This document shows, piece by piece, positions 57,496-64,000 of a stretch of DNA of 64,000 nucleotides. The notes beneath the pieces were generated by a model. It was not told where the DNA came from. It worked only from the letters and a program-made list of their open reading frames with translations, and searched no databases. Each line of letters starts with the position of its first letter. The stretch's first letter is position 1. Position numbers and translations under genes: made by a program. Origin of the DNA: Candidatus Hydrogenedentota bacterium (GTDB taxonomy: Bacteria > Hydrogenedentota > Hydrogenedentia > Hydrogenedentales > SLHB01); contig BTVY01000001.1 in NCBI GenBank assembly GCA_045863335.1, positions 1 through 64,000 on the forward strand, read 5' to 3'.

Positions 57496-58782
57496 ATGCC
57501 AAAGAACGTTATCGTTGCACAATCGGGTGGCCCGAGCCCCGTCATCAATAGCTCGTTGCGCGGCGTCATCGACGCCTGCAAACTGTTTCCGGAGACCTTC
57601 GGCACCATCTACGCCGGATGGCACGGAATCGAAGGCGTGCTGAAGGAAGAGCTCCTGAACCTCTCCGCCCAGGACGAAGAAGAGGTTGCGCTGCTGCGCT
57701 ACACGCCCGCCGCCGGTTCCATCGGCACCTGCCGCTACAAGCTCAAGAAGAATCAGCAGGCCGATTTCGAGCGCGTCATTGATGTCATGAAGGCCCACGA
57801 CATCGGCTACTTCTTCTACAACGGCGGCAACGACTCCATGGACACGGCCCACAAGGTCAGCGTGCTCGCGCACGAGCGCGGGCTCGATCTGGTGGCAGTT
57901 GGCGTGCCCAAGACCATCGACAACGACGTGGGCGATTCGGAATTCAAGCTCATCGACCACACGCCCGGCTACGGCAGCGTTGCGCGGTACTGGATGGGCA
58001 TCGTCCAGAACGCGAACGAGGAGAACGCCGGTTCCTGCCCTGCCGATCCGGTGCTCGTGTTGCAGGCCATGGGCCGCAAGATCGGCTACATCCCCGCAGC
58101 GGCGCGCCTCGCGGATCCCAAGCGCGAGATGCCGCTTCAGATCTACTTGACGGAGTCCGCCGTCACCGCCGAGGAGATGTGCGACAACGTCAACGACCAA
58201 CTCAAGAAGGACGGCCGTTGCATCATCGTCGTCAGCGAAGGGTTCGAAGTCGGCGACATCGGCGCCACGAAAGACAGCTTCGGACACACGCAATTCAGCG
58301 CTTCGAAGACGACCGTCGCCCAGCAGGTCGTCACGATGCTGAACGAGCGCGGCCTTCCGGTTCCCGGAGCGGCGCGCGGCCAGGTCTCGGGCACGGACCA
58401 GCGCGACACGTGCCTGTATGCCTCCATTCCGGATCTCGACGAAGCCTACAAAGTGGGCCAGAAAGCGGCCCTAATCGCGGAATCCGGCGAGAACGGCTGG
58501 ATGGCAACCATCCTTCGCGAACCCGGCCCCATCTACAATGTGCGCTACGACAAGGTGCCCTTGGAGAAAGTCGCCAACTCGGAACGCACCTTCCCCAAGG
58601 AATGGCTTGCCCCGAGCAAGATCGACGTAACGGACGAATTCGTGCGCTACGCCAAACCGCTCATCGGCGAAGACTGGGCCAGCGTGCCGGTCGTCAACGG
58701 CCGCCAGCGCTTCACGCGGTTCAAACCCATCTTCGCGGAGAAGAAGCTGCCCGAGTACACGTTGGAAGCCTTGCGCAAGTAG
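57496..58782 (+). CDS. Phosphofructokinase family protein, probably PPi-dependent
   Basis: AQSGGPSPVIN, GGNDSMD, PKTIDND, MGR, VVSEG. Confidence 0.88.
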   Translation: MPKNVIVAQSGGPSPVINSSLRGVIDACKLFPETFGTIYAGWHGIEGVLKEELLNLSAQDEEEVALLRYTPAAGSIGTCRYKLKKNQQADFERVIDVMKAHDIGYFFYNGGNDSMDTAHKVSVLAHERGLDLVAVGVPKTIDNDVGDSEFKLIDHTPGYGSVARYWMGIVQNANEENAGSCPADPVLVLQAMGRKIGYIPAAARLADPKREMPLQIYLTESAVTAEEMCDNVNDQLKKDGRCIIVVSEGFEVGDIGATKDSFGHTQFSASKTTVAQQVVTMLNERGLPVPGAARGQVSGTDQRDTCLYASIPDLDEAYKVGQKAALIAESGENGWMATILREPGPIYNVRYDKVPLEKVANSERTFPKEWLAPSKIDVTDEFVRYAKPLIGEDWASVPVVNGRQRFTRFKPIFAEKKLPEYTLEALRK

Positions 58783-58806
58783 CAAAGGAGTTGTCCCGGC
58801 CGGCCG

Positions 58807-59721
58807 ATGATTTTTTACTACAACACGGACTACGACAAACCTTCGGGCGGCATGTGGGCCTGTTACCGCCACGTCGATGTCTTGAACGAGCACGGCATCG
58901 ACGCGGCGGTTTTGCATGTGGAGCCCGGGTTCCGCGTGAGTTGGTTCGAGAATGCGACGCGCGTCGAGAACATGAAGGAAGTCGTCGCACATCCCGATGA
59001 CATCGTCGTGATTTCCTCGATCATTGAACATCAGTGGCCGGATGTCTTCCCGGGACTGCGCAAGGTTATCTTCAACCAGGGCGCCTACCTGACCTTTCAC
59101 GCCTACCCACTGGGCTACGCGGGCAAGTATCACTACGAAGATGCGTTGGGAACCATCGTCGTTTCCGAGGACAGCGAGCGCTATCTCCGGTGCGCCTTTC
59201 CGGATATCCCCATCTTCCGGACCGTATACGGCATCGATCCGAGCCTCTTCCATTACGACCCCGCGATCAAGAAAGACCAGATCGCCTTTGTCCCCGCGCG
59301 GAATCCGGACGAGGCGAAGCAGGTTCTATGCATCTTGACGAACCGGGGCATGCGCCTTCCCCTCGTGCCCATCCACGACAAACCGCGGGAAGAGGCGGCC
59401 CGCATCCTGCGCGAGTCGCGGTACTTCCTTTCCTTCGGCTTCCCCGAAGGGTTCGGCCTGCCTCCCTGCGAAGCCATGGCCTGCGGCTGCATCGTTATCG
59501 GCTATCACGCCATGGGCGGCAGGGAGTTCTTGAAAGCGCCGTACGCCTTCCCGGTCGGCCAGGGTGACGTGATTGAGTTTGTCCACACTGTCGAACGGGC
59601 GCTCGCGGAGGACCATACTGCCACCGCACTGGCCGCATCTGCCTTCATCGCGGCGCAGTATTCCCCCGCGCGGGAGCGGGAAAGCATTCTGGGTTGTTGG
59701 CATCAGCTGCTGGGCGCGTAG
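58807..59721 (+). CDS. Glycosyltransferase (GT-B, GT4-like)
   Basis: KPSGG..YRHVD..; EGFGLPPCEAMACGC. Confidence 0.85.
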   Translation: MIFYYNTDYDKPSGGMWACYRHVDVLNEHGIDAAVLHVEPGFRVSWFENATRVENMKEVVAHPDDIVVISSIIEHQWPDVFPGLRKVIFNQGAYLTFHAYPLGYAGKYHYEDALGTIVVSEDSERYLRCAFPDIPIFRTVYGIDPSLFHYDPAIKKDQIAFVPARNPDEAKQVLCILTNRGMRLPLVPIHDKPREEAARILRESRYFLSFGFPEGFGLPPCEAMACGCIVIGYHAMGGREFLKAPYAFPVGQGDVIEFVHTVERALAEDHTATALAASAFIAAQYSPARERESILGCWHQLLGA

Positions 59722-59887
59722 CCCGGTGGTCCAAAACTTCGTTCGCCACCCCGTTTTGTAGTACAATTCTAGCCACTGTGCGCCCTATCCATTCCCGGGC
59801 GAGGGCACCCAACAACCCAATTGCCATGGATTGGCGCGCAGGTTTGGGGGAAACCAGCAACGTGGTTATTTGAGGAGAACGCTACCC

Positions 59888-61339
59888 ATGGCTGAAATGG
59901 ACATCGGACTTATCGGGCTCGCCGTTATGGGCGAAAACCTTGTTTTGAATATGGAGAGCAAGGGCTTCTCCGTGGCGGTCTACAACCGCACCGTCGAGAA
60001 GGTCGACAACTTCATCAACGGCCGCGGCAAGGGCAAGAACTTCAAAGGCTGCCACAGCATCGAAGAACTTTGCGCCAACCTCAAGCGTCCGCGCAAGGTC
60101 ATGATGCTCGTCAAGGCCGGCAAACCGGTTGACGATTTCATCGAGCAACTAATCCCGCACCTGGAAAAGGGCGACATCATCATCGACGGCGGCAACAGCC
60201 ACTTCCCGGACACGATCCGTCGCGCCGAGTATTGCGAAAGCAAAGGCCTGCTCTACATCGGCACGGGCGTGTCCGGCGGCGAGGAGGGCGCGCTGAAGGG
60301 ACCGTCCATCATGCCCGGCGGCTCGCCAGAGGCGTGGGAACATGTGAAGCCCATCTTCCAGGGCATCTCGGCGAAGACGGACGACGGCATTCCGTGCTGC
60401 GACTGGGTCGGCGAAGGCGGCGCGGGCCACTTCGTGAAGATGGTCCACAACGGCATCGAATACGGCGACATGCAGATGATCTGCGAGACGTACCAGCTCA
60501 TGAAGCAGGGTCTCGGCATGTCGAACGAAGAAATGCACCAGGTATTCGCCGAATGGAACAAGGGCGAACTCGATTCGTACCTCATTGAAATCACCCGCGA
60601 TATCCTCGGTTACAAAGACGAAGACGGCAACGAGGTCGTCGACCTGATTCTCGATCGCGCCGGCCAGAAAGGCACGGGCAAGTGGACCGTCGTGGCGGCC
60701 CTCGACGCAGGGCAGCCTTTGACCCTCATCGGCGAAGCGGTCTTTGCGCGCTGCCTGTCCGCGATCAAGGACGAACGAGTCGAGGCTTCGAAGCAGTTGG
60801 AAGGCCAGGTGGCTTCCTTCAGCGGCGACAAGAAGGCGTTCGTTGACGATCTCCGCAATGCCCTCTATGCTTCCAAGATCGTCAGCTATGCGCAAGGCTA
60901 CCAGCTCATGCGCGCCGCGGCCGAAGAATACGGCTGGAACCTCAATTACGGCGGCATCGCCCTCATGTGGCGCGGCGGCTGCATCATCCGTTCCGTCTTC
61001 CTGGGCAAGATCAAAGAAGCCTTCGACGACAATCCGGAACTCGTCAACCTGTTGCTCGACCCCTTCTTCAAGGACGCCGTCTCGCAAGCCCAGGCGTCGT
61101 GGCGGCGCGTCGTGTCCACCGCGGTCAACATGGGAATCCCCGCGCCCGCCATCGGCTCCGCGTTGGCGTACTTCGACGGTTACCGTTGCGAGCGCCTTCC
61201 GGCCAACTTGCTGCAGGCGCAGCGCGACTACTTCGGTGCCCATACCTACGAACGCATCGACAAGCCGCGGGGCGAGTTCTTCCACACCAACTGGACCGGT
61301 CGTGGCGGGAGCACCTCCGCCTCGACCTACGTCGTGTAG
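59888..61339 (+). CDS. gnd: 6-phosphogluconate dehydrogenase, decarboxylating
   Basis: [50 protein letters not shown]. Confidence 0.97.
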   Translation: MAEMDIGLIGLAVMGENLVLNMESKGFSVAVYNRTVEKVDNFINGRGKGKNFKGCHSIEELCANLKRPRKVMMLVKAGKPVDDFIEQLIPHLEKGDIIIDGGNSHFPDTIRRAEYCESKGLLYIGTGVSGGEEGALKGPSIMPGGSPEAWEHVKPIFQGISAKTDDGIPCCDWVGEGGAGHFVKMVHNGIEYGDMQMICETYQLMKQGLGMSNEEMHQVFAEWNKGELDSYLIEITRDILGYKDEDGNEVVDLILDRAGQKGTGKWTVVAALDAGQPLTLIGEAVFARCLSAIKDERVEASKQLEGQVASFSGDKKAFVDDLRNALYASKIVSYAQGYQLMRAAAEEYGWNLNYGGIALMWRGGCIIRSVFLGKIKEAFDDNPELVNLLLDPFFKDAVSQAQASWRRVVSTAVNMGIPAPAIGSALAYFDGYRCERLPANLLQAQRDYFGAHTYERIDKPRGEFFHTNWTGRGGSTSASTYVV

Positions 61340-61373
61340 CCTGAGCAATTCGAAGGAGGCGCGTACAGAGCCC

Positions 61374-62282
61374 ATGGAAGGTTCGATTCAGGAATACGCC
61401 AAGATTGGCATCGTACACTTCATGGCCTATCCCGCCTGTGGGGGCGGCGACGGGCCGGTTCGGGAATCGGTCGAAGCACTGGCGAAAGATCCCCTGTTCG
61501 AAGTGATTGAGGTTACGCGGATCAATGATGCCGCGCTGCGGAAGCAGGTCCGGTCCATCGCGGAAGGAAACGGCGTAGAACTGTGTTTCGGGGCGCAGCC
61601 CATCTTGCTGGGCGGGAGTCTGGACCTCAACCATCCGGAGAACGACGAGCGGATCAAGGCGATCGAGGCGGTAAAGAACGGCATCGATCAGGCGCAGGAA
61701 CTCGGCGCCAAAGGCGTGGCCGTCCTAAGCGGCAAAGTCAGCGCCGACAAGAATGCGGCCATGGCCCGTCTTGTCGATTCCCTTCGCCAACTCGGCAATT
61801 ACGCTGGCGACAAGGGCCTGCCCCTCGTGCTCGAAACCTTTGACCAGGTCCCGTACGGGAAGAACTGTTTGATCGGATCGACCACGGACGCGGTCACTGT
61901 GTCGGAAGAAGTCCGGAAGGATTGTCCGAACTTCGGCATTATGCTGGACCTGAGTCATCTGCCGTTACAGGAAGAACGCGCGCAGGACGCCATCCCGGCC
62001 GCCGGCGACCATCTCGTTCACGCGCACATGGGCAATTGCGCGATGGACGATCCGGACCATCCCGCATACGGCGACAATCATCCGCGTTTCGGAGCGCCCG
62101 GAACGCGAAACGATGTGCCGGAACTCGCCGAGTACTTGAGAGTTCTGTTGGATACCGGCTATCTGGACAAGCAGAACCGCCGCGTGCTTAGTTTCGAGGT
62201 CAAACCCATGGCCGGCGAAGCATCCGAAGAGATCGTGGAAGAATCGAAGCGGAAGCTCGACGAGGCCTGGAAACGAGTCTAA
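61374..62282 (+). CDS. Sugar phosphate isomerase/epimerase (xylose-isomerase-like TIM barrel)
   Basis: LVLETFD, LDLSHLP, HAHMGN, GDNHP, SFEVKP; RBS AAGGAGG. Confidence 0.8.
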   Translation: MEGSIQEYAKIGIVHFMAYPACGGGDGPVRESVEALAKDPLFEVIEVTRINDAALRKQVRSIAEGNGVELCFGAQPILLGGSLDLNHPENDERIKAIEAVKNGIDQAQELGAKGVAVLSGKVSADKNAAMARLVDSLRQLGNYAGDKGLPLVLETFDQVPYGKNCLIGSTTDAVTVSEEVRKDCPNFGIMLDLSHLPLQEERAQDAIPAAGDHLVHAHMGNCAMDDPDHPAYGDNHPRFGAPGTRNDVPELAEYLRVLLDTGYLDKQNRRVLSFEVKPMAGEASEEIVEESKRKLDEAWKRV

Positions 62283-62397
62283 TCGCAACCGCGCCCGCGA
62301 GCCGCTCTGGACCGCGGGCGCGTCCATTTCGCTAACCGCAAGGATTGCCGCCGGCCTCGCACGGTTTCCGGCGAACACGAAAACAATGGAGGCTCCC

Positions 62398-63378
62398 ATG
62401 GCCAGGATCTTTGTTGCACGCCGCATTCCCGACGCTGGATTGAACCTGCTTTACGACGCGTTTGGCAAAGAGAACGTCGCCATTTATCCGGAAGATCGGG
62501 TCATCCCGCGGGATGCCCTCCTAAGCGGTGTCAAAGGTATGGACGCCATCCTTCCCATCCTGACGGACCGCATCGACGGAGAGGTCATGGCCGCCGCAGG
62601 GCCGCGATTGAAGATCATCGCCAACTTCGCGGTCGGCTACAACAATATCGACGTGGATGCCGCCACCCAACGGAAGATCCCCGTGACCAACACGCCCGGC
62701 GTCCTCACGGAAACCACCGCCGACCTCACGTGGACCCTGATGCTGGCGGTCGCACGGCGCGCCGGGGAGTCGGAGCGCATCCTCCGCGCCGGAAAATGGA
62801 CCGGCTGGGGCCCCATGCAGTTGATGGGGTCTGATGTCTACGGCAAGACGCTCGGCATCTTCGGCTACGGCCGCATCGGCCAAGCCGTGGCACGGCGCGC
62901 CCTCGCGTTCGACATGAAGGTTATTTACGCGAGCCGGCGCCCCGTGGACTCAGGCCTGGATCATAAGACCCACCCTCGTGCCGTGGATAAGAAGACCTTG
63001 CTCGCAGAGTCCGACTTTGTGAGCATCCACTGCCCCCTTCTCCCCGAAACCACCCACGCATTCGGCGCCGCCGAGTTCGATGCTATGAAGAACACCGCCT
63101 ATCTCATCAATACGTCGCGCGGCCCGGTCGTAGACGAAGCGGCCTTGGTAGACGCTTTGAAAGGCGGCAAAATCGCCGGCGCTGGACTGGACGTCTACGA
63201 GGAAGAACCCAAGATCCATCCGGGCTTGTTCGAGTGCGAAAACGCGGTGCTTCTACCCCACCTCGGCAGCGCTACGCAGGAAACGCGCGGCAAGATGGCC
63301 CACATTGCCGCCACCAACATCGTCGCGCGCCTGAATGGCGAACAACCACCCAATTGCGTGAATCCGCAAGTGCTGTGA
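62398..63378 (+). CDS. D-glycerate dehydrogenase / glyoxylate reductase (2-hydroxyacid dehydrogenase)
   Basis: AVGYNNID, TNTPGVL, GYGRIG, INTSRGPVVDE, LDVYEEEP, LPHLGSA. Confidence 0.9.
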   Translation: MARIFVARRIPDAGLNLLYDAFGKENVAIYPEDRVIPRDALLSGVKGMDAILPILTDRIDGEVMAAAGPRLKIIANFAVGYNNIDVDAATQRKIPVTNTPGVLTETTADLTWTLMLAVARRAGESERILRAGKWTGWGPMQLMGSDVYGKTLGIFGYGRIGQAVARRALAFDMKVIYASRRPVDSGLDHKTHPRAVDKKTLLAESDFVSIHCPLLPETTHAFGAAEFDAMKNTAYLINTSRGPVVDEAALVDALKGGKIAGAGLDVYEEEPKIHPGLFECENAVLLPHLGSATQETRGKMAHIAATNIVARLNGEQPPNCVNPQVL

Positions 63379-63515
63379 GTAGCGCTGGCGCTGTCGCAGT
63401 TCCTGTGCGCGCATGGGCTGGCAGTAGTTAGACGGAACGGAATCCTGACCGCAGGGATTAACGTATTGTGGGACAAATCTGACGGATACTCGGGCCAGAT
63501 CGGAGGGCTATTCCA

Positions 63516-64000
63516 ATGCGACTTCAGAGCCTGCTCATTGCCGTACTACTGCTTTCCGCAAGCTGTATCCCCTTATCGCTGCACCCCTTGTACACGGACG
63601 AGGACCTCGTTTATGACCCGGGACTCGAGGGCGCGTGGGGCGAAGAGGGCGAGCAGTGGATATTCGAAAAGGCGGACGAGAAGGAGTACAAACTCACCAT
63701 CAAGGATAATGACGAGTCCTTCATCTTCTCCGCGCACCTGGTCCAATTGAAGGAATACCGATTCCTCGACATGCAAGCCAGCGAAGTGGCAGGACTTTCC
63801 GATTTCTTCGGTGGGTTCTTGGTCCCGGCCCATGGGATCTTTCAGATCGAGCGCGAGGGCGACACGTTCCGGCTCCGGACGATGGACTACGAATGGCTGG
63901 AGGATCGGCTTGAGAAAGGCCGGCTCTGGGTTGCCCACGAGGAACTCGACGACTGGTTTGTGTTCACGGCCGACACCAAACGCATGCAACGGTTTTTCTT
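63516..64000 (+). CDS. Hypothetical lipoprotein (partial, runs off the window; absent from the ORF track)
   Basis: ATG at 63516 after GGAGGG; translates MRLQSLLIAVLLLSASCIPLSLHPLYTDEDLVYDPGLEGAW with lipobox LSASC. Confidence 0.7.
   Translation, partial: MRLQSLLIAVLLLSASCIPLSLHPLYTDEDLVYDPGLEGAWGEEGEQWIFEKADEKEYKLTIKDNDESFIFSAHLVQLKEYRFLDMQASEVAGLSDFFGGFLVPAHGIFQIEREGDTFRLRTMDYEWLEDRLEKGRLWVAHEELDDWFVFTADTKRMQRFF

Noticed and set aside
60744-61373. N-terminal extension of the 512-aa ORF
   Set aside because: It overlaps gnd in another frame; the real start is ATG 61374 with an AAGGAGG RBS.
1-64000. tRNA, rRNA, prophage or autonomous IS elements
   Set aside because: No such sequence or transposase/integrase/phage ORF was recognised by eye.

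Overview
A high-GC (by eye about 60-65%) bacterial chromosome segment; DUF1559/H-X9-DG-type, NPCBM-GH36, BNR and DUF5060 proteins suggest a Hydrogenedentota/Planctomycetota-like organism (inference only). It carries housekeeping genes (ybaB-fmt-rsmB-PASTA-rpe, D,D-carboxypeptidase, rnhA, leuA, pdxB, PFK, gnd), many carbohydrate-active and sugar-transport genes, two signalling loci, two toxin-antitoxin pairs and several families of REP/REPIN/MITE-like repeats. The best novelty candidate is a compositionally foreign, translationally coupled three-gene island at about 39.1-43.6 kb: a TIR-domain/P-loop (ORC/CDC6-like) ATPase, a protein that looks like two tandem CARF-like Rossmann domains, and an amino-DNA methyltransferase with no restriction nuclease. 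This is a likely anti-phage system that I cannot match to a named one. Secondary candidates are a GHMP-kinase/UDP-sugar-pyrophosphorylase fusion, a LarA/GntE-gnd sugar-acid cluster, and a HAD gene bracketed by two inverted MITE copies. All calls come from motif recognition by eye; no database searches were run.
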